A stretch of 64,000 bases of DNA from Eledone cirrhosa. Taxonomy: Eukaryota. The notes under the pieces were generated by a model that did no database searches, was not told the DNA's origin, and saw nothing but the letters and a program-made list of their open reading frames with translations. The stretch covers positions 340,132,001-340,196,000 of the forward strand of contig OZ024742.1 in assembly GCA_964016885.1 (NCBI GenBank), given 5' to 3'. Position numbers and translations under genes: made by a program. Positions 25,640-36,741 of the stretch are shown here, in pieces; within the stretch, counting starts at the first letter, position 1; each line of letters opens with the position of its first letter.

Positions 25640-28600
25640 ATCGCTGTGCTAAGAGTAGGGTGTCTAAATGCGCGTGGTCTGGGCTCGTCTTGGAAGCAAG
25701 CAATGCTTCTAAATGACCTCAGGTCACAATCTATAAATGTGATGGTTATCTGCGAGGCCCGGATCAGCAGCATGCGACAGCTAGCCCCCACCTTTGACGA
25801 CTTTGAGATGCACGCATCTCTCTGTCAGCCCGGAGGCGGAGGTGGGGTTGTCGTTCTGCTGCAAAAACATATGGGCCTTGCAACACAGATAATTCACTTG
25901 GACCCAGGGGGTCGACTGGTGGTGCTGGACCTTGGCAGTGGTGAAGGTAGAGCCTTTAGGCTGATAGCCGCATATGCCCCTTTTGGGACAGAGCGGCCCG
26001 ACTTTTTCCAGCGTCTGGAGTCTTTTCTAGGGACGTCCCGTTCCCTGCTTTTAGTGGGGGATTGGAATGGTATCCTGGATGCACGTTGGGACTATGCAGG
26101 GGCATGTCCCGATAGAGAGGGGTGCAACAGCCTCAAGGGGTTACTCGGCCGATTTGACCTGGCCGATAGATTTCGACTAGATTTTCCGACGGTGCCAACC
26201 TGGTCTTGGTCAAATCGCAGCGGATCATCTAGATCGTACCTAGATAGATTTTTAGTTAGAAATAAGGACAGGGACTTTTTAAGTTGTCCAGAAATGCTCA
26301 TGGTTGGCTATTCAGACCACAAGTTGGTGACCTGCATGGTCAACCTTGATAGAACGCATAGACAGGGCCCCGGTTACTGGAAGCTCAACTTGTCCTTGCC
26401 GGCAAGTAGAGCCTACAGGAATCGGATTAGTACGTTAGTTAAGGAACGGTTGACTGGAGCGATCGTCAACAGCAGGTGGTGGGTATCTCTAAAGAGAGAG
26501 ATTAGAGTAGTCTCGATTGAATTTAGTAAGGTTCTAGCTGCGGATAGGAATAGGAAGGAAAGGGAGCTAATAGATAGAGTAGAAGAGGCAATTAGAAGCG
26601 GCGACGTGGCCAGAGTGCTAGCGTCGAGAACGGCTTTGAGCCAGTTTTTCGACGCGAAGCACGAAGGCTGCGTTGTCCGAAGTAAAATACGTGCTCTAGG
26701 GAACGAGGGGGCCAAAGCTGTTAGCTGGGCCCGCGTGACAGAGGCCAACAGTGGAACTAAATCCACCATCCGGTCTTTGCGAGACCTGGATGGACGGGCG
26801 ATTCTTGAGCCTAAGCAGATATGTGAGGCCTTTCAAAGGCACTTTGCCCGACTGTTCGGGAGGGGCGGGGAGCCGGTTGGGAACGTGGACTTCGGTCCAT
26901 ACCTCGACGGCCTGCCGCGCCTCTCGGACAGGGAGGCGAAGTCCTGCGAGGAGCCGATTTCGGCCGCTGAGATAGAGGACGTGCTGAGCCAATGCGGCAA
27001 ACGCAAATCCCCGGGTCTCGATGGTCTTCCTTACGAATTATATATAGCTATGCCGGACTTGTTCCCCGATCTCCTCGAGGCGGTCTACTGCAACTGGCAA
27101 CAGAACGGGAGAATTCCCTGTACTGTGACCAAGGGCGTAGTCACGCTAGTGAGGAAGGACGAGAACAAGGGGGACGAAATAAGTAACTTCAGGCCCATAA
27201 CTCTGCTAAATACAGAGTTACAGATTTTGGCCAAGGTGCTAGCAAAGAGGTTGGCGCTTGTCGTGGGCAACCTGGTGGGAGATGCGCAGACATGCGCTAT
27301 CCCGTCCAGGTCCATCCATGACAACCTCCACCTCATGCGATACATCATAGAGAGGGTTGGGAACGAACCCGGCTTTGGTGGGGCTCTGATCAACTTGGTT
27401 CAATCTAAGGCGTTCGATAGGGTCGACCATGGTTACCTGGATGCGGTGCTAGCGGCGGCAGGCTTCGGACCCGTTTTCAGGGGCTGGATCACTGCTATGC
27501 ACAGCAGCCGCATCTGCTCTAGGGTCAAGGTGAACGGCTACCTCTCGGAGCCGTTCAAAATCGCGCGGTCCATCCGACAAGGGTGCCCTCTCTCCTCCCT
27601 TCTGTATGTGTTGACTCTCGAGCCACTACTGCGGAAGTTGGAGTTGTTGCAGGGCATCCCTTTGGAACCGGGATTGCGGAAAGCGGTGTCAGCCTACGCC
27701 GATGATGTGACAGTAATGGTGTCGACGGCCTCCGAAATCGAGGCGGTCGGCACCTTACTGGAGGAGTACGAAAAGTTCACAGGGGCTAAGCTGAACCGGG
27801 ATAAGTCGATCGGTTTGCAACTCGGCACGTGGAGGGGTAGAGCGATGCCCTCTGATGGCGTCGTCGGACGCTGGACGGAGGGCCCGGTGAAGTTGCTCGG
27901 GGTCTGGTTCGGACCGGACCTCCAGGTGGAGAAAAACTGGGCGGAGGTTACGAACAGGGTGTTTGCACTGACCCAGAAGTGGGCCAGTTGCAAACTATCC
28001 CTGAAAGGTCGGGCGGAGGTGGCGAACACTTATATAGCGTCCGTCATCTACTACCGCCTGACCGCAGTGCCCTGCCCAAGGGAAACCCTCACCAAGATGG
28101 AGCGCGCGCTCTTCCAATTCCTTTGGAAGAGGCGGGCTCCTATGGTGAGGAGATCCATCTGCTGTCAACACCCTTCGAAAGGAGGGCTGGGGATGCCCTG
28201 GCTAATGATGCGTAAACACGCATTAAGGCTACGGCACCTCTACGTATTCCTCACCAGACAACCGGTGTGGGCCTCGTTTGTGAGACGAACCTTTCCCAGA
28301 CTCGTCTCACTCACCGAGCTGCAATCCTGGGTCAAGCAAAGACCGAGAAAACTGGGCGCCTGGCACACTGAGTGTGCCCAGGCGCTCACCGCCCTCTGGC
28401 AGGCGGATCCGGTTATCAGTGGAGACTCCACCGCAACATTCTATAGAGGGCTGGTACGCAGCAGGTGCGACGACGCCCTCGGAGAAGCCCTAGACATGGA
28501 GGAGGACGAACTGGCCAGCCTGTTCGGTAGGACATTCAGCCCGGGACCTATGGACAACTTCCAGAAGTCCCTGGCCTGGCAGTGCTACCGAGGGGCTTTA

Positions 28601-29077
28601 CCCGTTCGAGAAAGGCTCTACAGACACGGGCGCCCGTGTAGGGACCCCGCCAAAAAGATCTGTCCCAGATGCGTGTGCGACGAGGAAACCGTTGCACACG
28701 CATTGGTACACTGCTCGGGCGTAGCCGATCTGTGGGGCTATGTCGAACAACTGCTGTCAAGGGTGGGACCGATCCGGTTGACCACCGAGTCTATTGTAAT
28801 GATCAAGCCGCCTCCCCCCTTCAAAGATGAAGCAGAGGCGGTGTTTCTGTGCGTAATAGCCATGGCGAAAGAGGTTGTATGGTGGACGCGTCTGAAAGGA
28901 CTGAGGTCAGGCACCTTTCTCTCTGGCCAACAACTGGTCCGTTTCTTCCGATTTCATTTCGGAAGAAGGATCAGGATGGAGAGAGAGGTGCTGCACCCCA
29001 GTCGTTTTTATGAAAGGTGGGTGAAAGTGGCGAGAATGGCCCGTGTGAATGGGCCTTCTCTTTACATAAGCCTGTAG
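25640..29077 (+). CDS. Tx1 ORF2: APE endonuclease + reverse transcriptase + C-terminal zinc finger; start codon and RT motif-A Asp mutated
   Basis: CLNARGL, GDWN, SYLDRF, SDHK; KSPGLDGLP, NFRPITLLN, IRQGCPLS, AYADD; CPRC...ETVAHALVHC. Uninterrupted frame. Confidence 0.92.
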   Translation: MAVLRVGCLNARGLGSSWKQAMLLNDLRSQSINVMVICEARISSMRQLAPTFDDFEMHASLCQPGGGGGVVVLLQKHMGLATQIIHLDPGGRLVVLDLGSGEGRAFRLIAAYAPFGTERPDFFQRLESFLGTSRSLLLVGDWNGILDARWDYAGACPDREGCNSLKGLLGRFDLADRFRLDFPTVPTWSWSNRSGSSRSYLDRFLVRNKDRDFLSCPEMLMVGYSDHKLVTCMVNLDRTHRQGPGYWKLNLSLPASRAYRNRISTLVKERLTGAIVNSRWWVSLKREIRVVSIEFSKVLAADRNRKERELIDRVEEAIRSGDVARVLASRTALSQFFDAKHEGCVVRSKIRALGNEGAKAVSWARVTEANSGTKSTIRSLRDLDGRAILEPKQICEAFQRHFARLFGRGGEPVGNVDFGPYLDGLPRLSDREAKSCEEPISAAEIEDVLSQCGKRKSPGLDGLPYELYIAMPDLFPDLLEAVYCNWQQNGRIPCTVTKGVVTLVRKDENKGDEISNFRPITLLNTELQILAKVLAKRLALVVGNLVGDAQTCAIPSRSIHDNLHLMRYIIERVGNEPGFGGALINLVQSKAFDRVDHGYLDAVLAAAGFGPVFRGWITAMHSSRICSRVKVNGYLSEPFKIARSIRQGCPLSSLLYVLTLEPLLRKLELLQGIPLEPGLRKAVSAYADDVTVMVSTASEIEAVGTLLEEYEKFTGAKLNRDKSIGLQLGTWRGRAMPSDGVVGRWTEGPVKLLGVWFGPDLQVEKNWAEVTNRVFALTQKWASCKLSLKGRAEVANTYIASVIYYRLTAVPCPRETLTKMERALFQFLWKRRAPMVRRSICCQHPSKGGLGMPWLMMRKHALRLRHLYVFLTRQPVWASFVRRTFPRLVSLTELQSWVKQRPRKLGAWHTECAQALTALWQADPVISGDSTATFYRGLVRSRCDDALGEALDMEEDELASLFGRTFSPGPMDNFQKSLAWQCYRGALPVRERLYRHGRPCRDPAKKICPRCVCDEETVAHALVHCSGVADLWGYVEQLLSRVGPIRLTTESIVMIKPPPPFKDEAEAVFLCVIAMAKEVVWWTRLKGLRSGTFLSGQQLVRFFRFHFGRRIRMEREVLHPSRFYERWVKVARMARVNGPSLYISL

Positions 29078-29360
29078 GTGGAAAAGAGGAAGGAACGAGG
29101 GAGCACCCCCTCTCTGTGCTCCTGAGGAAAAGGGTTGCACACTTTTTTCGGGGGTGTGTGCGACCCCCCAAGGCGCCTCCTCTCTATTGAGGATTTTGTT
29201 AAAAATTTTATTTTTTGTTATATCTTATTTTATTTTTATATTTTGTTATTGCCTCCTCCTTATTGAGGACGCCTTTTTGTGTAAACTCCCCCCTTTGTAC
29301 TTGTCCCACTTTTGATGCCCTAGTGGCAAATAAAAGAAACTTATCTATCTATCTATCTAT

Positions 29361-31570
29361 CCAAGGGCGTAGTCACGCTAGTGAGGAAGGACGAGAACAA
29401 GGGGGACGAAATAAGTAACTTCAGGCCCATAACTCTGCTAAATACAGAGTTACAGATTTTGGCCAAGGTGCTAGCAAAGAGGTTGGCGCTTGTCGTGGGC
29501 AACCTGGTGGGAGATGCGCAGACATGTGCTATCCCGTCCAGGTCCATCCATGACAACCTCCACCTCATGCGATACATCATAGAGGGTTGGGAACGAACCC
29601 GGCTTTGGTGGGGCTCTGATCAACTTGGATCAATCTAAGGCGTTCGATAGGGTCGACCATGGTTACCTGGATGCGGTGCTAGCGGCGGCAGGCTTCGGAC
29701 CCGTTTTCAGGGGCTGGATCACTGCTATGCACAGCAGCCTCATCTGCTCTATGGTCAAGATGAACGGCTACCTCTCGGAGCCGTTCAAAATCGCGCGGTC
29801 TATCCGACAAGGGTGCCCTCTCTCCTCCCTTCTGTATGTGTTGACTCTCGAGCCACTACTGCGGAAGTTGGAGTTGTTGCAGGGCATCCCTTTGGAACCG
29901 GGATTGCGGAAAGCGGTGTCGGCCTACGCCGATGACGTGACAATAATGGTGTCGACGGCCTCCGAAATCGGGGCGATCGGTACCTTACTGGAGGAGTACG
30001 AAAGGTTCACAGGGGCTAAGCTGAACCGGGACAAGTCTATCGGTTTGCAACTCGGCACGTGGAGGGGCAGACCGATGCCCTCCGATGGCGTCGTCGGACG
30101 CTCGACGGAGGGCCCGGTGAAGTTGTTCGGGGTCTGGTTCGGACCAGACCTCCAGGTGGAGAAGAAGTGGGCGGAGGTTACGAACAGGGTGTTTGGACTG
30201 ACCCAGAAGTGGGCCAGTTGCAAACTATCCCTGAAAGGTCGGGCGTTGGTGGCGAACACCTATATAGCGTCCATCATCTACTACCGCCTGACCGTAGTGC
30301 CTTGCCCAAGGGAAACCCTCGCCAAGATGGAGCGCGCGCTCTTCCAATTCCTTTGGAAGAGGCGGGCTCCCTTGGTGAGGAGGTCCATCTGCTGTCAACA
30401 CCCTTCGAAAGGAGGCTGGGGATGCCGTGGCTAATGATGCGTAAACACGCATTAAGGCTACGGCACCTCCACGTATTCCTCACCGGTCAACCGGTGTGGG
30501 CCTCGTTTGTTAGACGAACCTTTCCCAGACTCGTCTCACTCACCGAGCTGCAATCCTGGGTCAAGCAAAGACCGAGAAAACTGGGCGCCTGGCACACTGA
30601 GTGTGCCCAGGCGCTCACCGCCCTTTGACAGGCGGATCCGGTTATCAGTGGAGACTCCACCGCAACATTCTATAGAGGGCTGGTACGCAGCAGGTGCGAC
30701 GACGCTCTCGGAGAAGCCCTAGACATGGAGGAAGACGAACTGGCCAGCCTGTTCGGTAGGAGATTCAGCCCGGGACCTATGGACAACTTCCAGAAGTCCC
30801 TGGCCTGGCAGTGCTACCGAGGGGCTCTACCCGTTCGAGAAAAGCTCTACAGACACGGGCGCCCGGGTAGGGACACCGCCAAAAAGATCTGTCCCAGATG
30901 CGTGTGCGACGAGGAAACCGTTGCACACGCATTGGTACACTGCTCGGGCGTAGCCGATCTGTGGGGCTATGTCGAACAACTGCTGTCAAGGGTGGGACCG
31001 ATCCGGTTGACCACCAAGTCTATTGTAATGATCAAGCCGCCTCCCCCCTTCAAAGATGAAGGAGAGGCAGTGTTCCTGTGCGTAATAGCCATGCTGAAAG
31101 AAGTTGTATGGTGGACGCGTCTGAAAGGACTGAGGTCAGGCACCTTTCTCTCTGGCCAACAACTGGTCCGTTTCTTCCGATATCATTTCGGAAGAAGGAT
31201 CAGGATGGAGAGAGAGGTGCTCCACCCCAGTCGTTTTTATGAAAGGTGGGTGAAAGTGGCGAGAATGGCCCGTGTGAATGGGCCTTCTCTTTACATAAGC
31301 CTGTAGGTGGAAAAGAGGAAGGAACGAGGGAGCACCCCCTCTCTGTGCTCCTGAGGAAAAGGGTTGCACACTTTTTTCGGGTGTGTGTGCGACCCCCCAA
31401 GGCGCCTCCTCTCTATTGAGGATTTTGTTATAAATTTTATTTTTTGTTATATTTTATTTTATTTTTATACTTCGTTATTGCCTCCTCCTTATTGAGGACG
31501 CCTTTTTGTGTAAACTCCCCCCTTTGTACTTGTCCCACTTTTGATGCCCTGGTGGCAAATAAAAGAAACA
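29361..31570 (+). mobile_element. 5'-truncated Tx1 copy B directly behind copy A, ending in (TATC)n
   Basis: Starts at CAAGGGCGTAGTCACG (equivalent to 27130 of A); highly similar RT and 3' UTR with frameshifts and a stop; (TATC)n at 31571-31620. Confidence 0.93.
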
Positions 31571-31621
<51 letters not shown>

Positions 31622-31626
31622 ATATC

Positions 31627-31696
<70 letters not shown>

Positions 31697-32291
31697 AATA
31701 AAATACAGAGTTATTAACTCATATAGGTACCCTGTAATTAAAAGAAGTGCATCTCATCCTTATGGGGTCGATAAAATAAAGTACCAGTAATGCACTGGGT
31801 ATTTGCTGGCCTTGTGCCTAAAGTAGAAACAATTATATAGTAATATATATGTATAAATAAACAGTAAATTTCGTGTCTAAAATTACGAGGGTATAAGATA
31901 CCACTAATGTTTTAAATATTTAATCTTAACCTTACAGTATGATATATTAATTTTATACTGACCGTATCAAAAACATTTCATCTCTCGGACAGATTTTAGA
32001 CTCAATCTGTTTCGCCCCGAAAAATTGTGTTTGTAACAGATAATCTGAAAAATTGTGTTTGTAACAGATAATGTGAAAAATTATGTTTGTAAAGAGATAG
32101 ATCAAATGAAACAAAACACCTCTAACAGCAATTTGAGGACCAAAGACATGTTCCTCGTGGTCTGCACGCTATACGTGGTATGAGTAGTTATGCTAGAAAT
32201 AATAGCCTTATCCCACTCACTTTATAAGCTCACCCATTCAGGGAGCCGAAATTCAAATAAAATACAGAGTTATTAACTCATATAGGTACCC

Positions 32292-32523
32292 TGTAACGAA
32301 TGGTTACTCCTTTATTTCGTTTATTGGTTGGTGACGCGCGTTTCGATACTGATCAGCTCAAGGTTCGATCTGTATCGATCTAGCCAGTCTCTGGAATCAA
32401 TAGGTGTAACCATTCGTCCTTGTATTATTATATAACACTCTGGCTAGCTCTACACCTCGACACTGACGTGAACCTAAACATCGAGTGCTCAACCGGGTGA
32501 ACTTACAGTAACTGCACGTTACA
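32292..32523 (-). mobile_element. Probable solo LTR (232 bp)
   Basis: Termini TGTAACG...CGTTACA; TATA-like and AATAAA motifs in the expected order on the - strand; no clear TSD. Confidence 0.5.
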
Positions 32524-32778
32524 CTCCCTGGATGTATAAATATATGTATGTGTGTATATATATATGTATGTGTGTATATATATATATGTATGTGTATATA
32601 TATATGTGCGTGTGTGTATATTCACACATATATTTTCCTCCGCTGTGACACGTCTATTTCATTCTTACTGCTTCCTGTTTCTCTGTATCTTTCACCTCTC
32701 TAACAGTCACTCTCTCTGTTAGCCTCTTCCTCACCCTTCACTCACTCACTCTCTTCTACTCTCTCTCCTACCTCCTCT

Positions 32779-33037
32779 CGTTTGACCTGTGCGTAATTCT
32801 TTTCTCGCGCATACTTGACCAGGTTGGTTGTTCCTTTTTTTCTCTCTCGTCTACGATTTCACAGAACTTATGTTCACCGAATTCAGGGACTAGACTCCTT
32901 CTTCCTTCCGTTTGACCTGTGCGGAATTCTTTCCTTGCTCACATTTCGACTAGGTTTGATGGTCTTTATTCTCTCTCGTCCACGATTTCACAGAACTTAT
33001 ATTCATAAGAAATCTGGGACTTGACCCTTTCTTCCTC
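32779..33037 (+). repeat. Diverged 130-bp tandem duplication
   Basis: CGTTTGACCTGTGCG...TCTCTCTCGTC.ACGATTTCACAGAACTTAT...GGGACT at 32779 and 32909. Confidence 0.8.
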
Positions 33038-33208
33038 ACTTTTCGTTGCATTACCATCTTTGATTGTTTACACTCTCGCTCGTTCCCCTTATTTACGTGT
33101 CCGAACGACTTTCTTTAGCCGTTGCTCGCACTAACCGGAGGTATATGGTCTTTAAAGCGATGAAATACCAATGAAGGTTGGAAGATCACTGATGAAGGAC
33201 TAACTTTA

Positions 33209-33260
<52 letters not shown>

Positions 33261-33263
<3 letters not shown>

Positions 33264-33392
33264 CAAAGGAATTGTGCTAAGGAAACAGATGGACCATAAC
33301 GCACCAGAGTACTCAATACTTAGGGTAGTAGAGTGGGAAATATGAAAAATTAAGACCCCGACGGCAGAGCTCAAGCCGTCGGGGTTTTACTT
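33261..33392 (-). mobile_element. Short Penelope-like 3'-end copy in (TA)n
   Basis: Reverse complement of the 39440-39551 tail. Confidence 0.75.
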
Positions 33393-33637
33393 TTATATAT
33401 ATATATATATATATGGTAACCGTTAAAAATAACAATGTTTAAAGTAGAACAAATATTCAATTTAATAATTCCTTCATTACGTTTCATTTCACTTTACTTT
33501 CCTTTAAATAAAATAGAACAATCCCTTCTCTCTTGTCTGTGATCATTGTCAAACATTGATCTATTAATATAGAATGACTTTGTTGTACTTGTATACCTCT
33601 CTATATCAGGACAGCCGTTAGGATTCTATTGTCCTTG

Positions 33638-33750
33638 TTGTTGAGGTTGTTGTTGTTGTTGTTGGCGTTATTGTTGTTGGCGGTGTTGTTAGCGTTGGCG
33701 TTATTGTTGTTGGCGGTGTTGTTGTTAGCGTTGGCGTTGTTGTTGGCGTT

Positions 33751-33789
<39 letters not shown>

Positions 33790-33848
33790 CTTCTTCTTCT
33801 TCTTCTTCTTCTTCTTCTTCTTCTTCTTCTTCTTCTTCTTCTTCTTCT
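33638..33848. repeat. (GTT)n-(CTT)n microsatellite
   Basis: Read directly. Confidence 0.95.
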
Positions 33849-34872
33849 AAGCCATCCCCAGCTTAACAAGTGTTAATATCTTCATAACAACATCAATAAC
33901 CGGACAGTCACTGCTGGACACGGGACATGACTAATATCCTGTTATGGCTAAAATCCTCTCCTTTGATGGTACCTATCTGGCCAGCAGTACTCGCACGCAG
34001 ACCATATCTGACGTTGCTGTGTAATTCTCTCCCTCCTACCGTGGCCTTCCCAACCCATCCCAGTTTCAATCACAAACACTGATTGCTTTCCTCTGCTTCT
34101 ATTCTCTCTTTCCTGATTATTAACGGCAGACCATGCAATGGAAACTAATTATTGGTGAAATGTGTAGAATATCAACCTATCGATATATTTATATGTGTGT
34201 ATATTATGTGTGTATACTATGTATGTATATCATCTATGTGTATCATGTATGTATATTATGTGTGCATATTATGTGTTTTGTGTGTTTAGTGTATAGTTGG
34301 GTGCAATGTAAAGTATTGTTATGTATGTATGTATATATGCATATATGTATGATATATTTATGTATGTATCTATGTATGTATGTATATATGCATGTATGTA
34401 TGATATATTTATGTATGTATCTATGTATGTATGGTTTATTTATGTGTGTATGTATGTATATATGTTTGTTTGTATGTATTTATGATTTATGTATGTATGT
34501 ATGTATATATATGTATGTATGTGTGTGTATGTATGTGTAAGTATGTATGTGTAAGTTTGTATGTATGCATGCACGTATGCATGTATGTATGTTTATGTAT
34601 GCATATATGATTTATGTATGTGTGTATGTATGTATGTACTTATGTATGATTTATGTATGTATCTATGTATGTACGCATGTAAGTATATATGTTTATATAT
34701 ATGCATGCATGATTTGTGTCTGTATGTATTATGTGTGTATGTATGTATGCATGTATGTATGTATGTGTGTATGTATGTATGCATGTGGGTGTGTATGCAT
34801 GTATGTATGATTTATATCTGTATTATGTATGTATTTATGTATGTATGTATGCATGTACATATATATCTATGC

Positions 34873-34964
<92 letters not shown>

Positions 34965-34970
34965 GTGTCA

Positions 34971-35365
34971 GGTCACCAGTTGGTGCTACTGGTAAGATGT
35001 ATCCAAGTACAACCTGTCTCATGGTTGGGTCGTTGCCGAATAAACTTGCAACCCCACCAAGGTTTCTTGGTGAGGAGGGTGACTTTGGACATCCTGCAGG
35101 ACTAAAAACAAAACCTGTCGAAGGGCAAAGGAGCTCTTAAGAGTCAATGGCCATCCAAAATCACCGGGAGAGATGACCCCTTAGCCTTTGTCAAGGCAGA
35201 ATTCTAGGAGAAGGAAAACTCTGATATAACACCTGCAACCCTGATGGTATCCAATGATGTTGACTTGTTCTTCTTTTTGGTAAATATCATCTGGGTTAAG
35301 AGAGTGGGACTGGCTTTGTGCAGTGCCTTTGCTCACTATAAAAGCTTCACAGCACAGGCATTGAT
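34971..35365 (+). mobile_element. RTE-like LINE 5' UTR remnant (related copy at about 58990-59215)
   Basis: TAGCCTTT...TCTAGGAGAAGGAAAACTC...GATGTTGA...GAGAGTGGGA.TGGCT...GCACAGGCATT is shared with 59017-59216. The RTE assignment is from recalled 5' UTR motif similarity only. Confidence 0.45.
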
Positions 35366-35492
35366 TTGTATCTGGAGATCTCTCTGCACTTGTCGTCACA
35401 TGGTACCATGGCCCAGCACTATGTGTCAATGGTAGTCCTACCATGACTGGATTTCAACCATCTACTATGTCAGGGTATGTAATGCATCATCT

Positions 35493-35559
35493 TATTTTAT
35501 CTGATGAGGACGTACTGTTGAAGTTAGCTCAGTACCCCTGAAATATGTATAATAAAATA
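35493..35559 (+). ncRNA. Type-I hammerhead ribozyme, same family as 21280-21342
   Basis: TATTTTAT-CTGATGA-GGACGTACTG...CAGTACCCCT-GAAA-TATGTA-TA-ATAAAATA; two mismatches in stem II. Confidence 0.7.
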
Positions 35560-35599
35560 TACTTGATCACAAGAAGTTCTATTTTTGTTAATATTTTGA

Positions 35600-35729
<130 letters not shown>

Positions 35730-35732
35730 GTG

Positions 35733-35990
35733 AAGACCCGAGGTTTAATGTTTAGAACGTACGGCTCACGATCGTAAATTCGTAAGTTCGATTCCCGATG
35801 GTGTAACATGTCACTTTATTTCACATTGCTCCAATTCATTGAAATGGAGCATTGTGTCACATCTGTAGAAGGCAGCACCAGCTTTCTACTACTCCGGGTC
35901 ACCCTGCATCTCCCTGCATCTGTAGTATGCTGAATTACTAGCACCTAAATCTCAAGAGTAGACTGTTCCGTTATTTGTGAATATGGAAAG
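35733..35990 (+). mobile_element. Degenerate tRNA-derived SINE
   Basis: tRNA-like head GGTTTAATGTTTAGAACG...CTCACGATC...AAGTTCGATTCCC, then CACTTTATTTCACATTGCTCCA, complementary to the 1105-1395 and 61300-61662 family. Confidence 0.5.
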
Positions 35991-36018
35991 TCCTTGTTTG
36001 ATGGATCTCCAACACACA

Positions 36019-36087
<69 letters not shown>

Positions 36088-36096
36088 CTCTCTCTA

Positions 36097-36157
<61 letters not shown>

Positions 36158-36160
<3 letters not shown>

Positions 36161-36301
36161 AAAAGAGTCAGGACTCCGACGGCTGAGCTGCGGCCGTTCC
36201 GACAGCTAGATCAGAACAAATCTACCCACTCTACTACTCTACGTATCGAATACTCTGGTGCGTTATGGTCTACCTGGTTTCTTACCACACTTTCTTTTGT
36301 T
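36158..36301 (+). mobile_element. Short Penelope-like 3'-end copy with inverted head
   Basis: AGGAAAAGAGTCAGGACTCCGACGGCTGAGCT (inverted) followed by TACCCACTCTACTAC...CTCTGGTGCGTTATGG...TTGTTATA. Confidence 0.7.
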
Positions 36302-36705
36302 ATATAAATATATTTAATATAGAAATGGCTTCCAAAGGACTAGAACTGTTTCATTCGGGAGAAATCATCAGTAAGCCGACTGTCCAAGTAATATAGTGGT
36401 ATTTATACCTTTTCTGGTGGTAGGAGAGGGTGGTGATTGGGATGGGTGGAGGTCATCGGTTGATGGATTTAAAGAAAAGGGAATTCTTTAAAAACTATAT
36501 TTAGAGAACAAAGGCAGAAAGAATTAAAGGTAAGTGTCTGTTGACAGGTTCACTCTGGGAGGGGTGGGGTACTCCTGATTTTTAATGTTCATTTAAGCTA
36601 ACGACAGCTATTTATCGATAGATCTACTGAAATGGTCCGGTGCCTAGGCACACATACGCACACATACACATGCCGTCACTCCCACACACGAACACACACT
36701 CATAT

Positions 36706-36739
<34 letters not shown>

Positions 36740-36741
<2 letters not shown>

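Larger units (their letters stand above)
23536..29341 (+). mobile_element. Full-length Tx1/L1-clade non-LTR retrotransposon, copy A, flanked by (TATC)n on both sides
   Basis: 5' UTR + ORF1 + ORF2 + 3' UTR with AATAAA; (TATC)n at 23480-23535 and 29342-29361. Confidence 0.93.

Noticed and set aside
33850-34150. Possible RTE 3' end with a (GAA)n tail on the - strand
   Set aside because: Translation too degenerate to show a recognisable motif.
35740-35800. tRNA-like segment
   Set aside because: No complete cloverleaf, and it continues into a SINE body, so it is treated as a SINE head.
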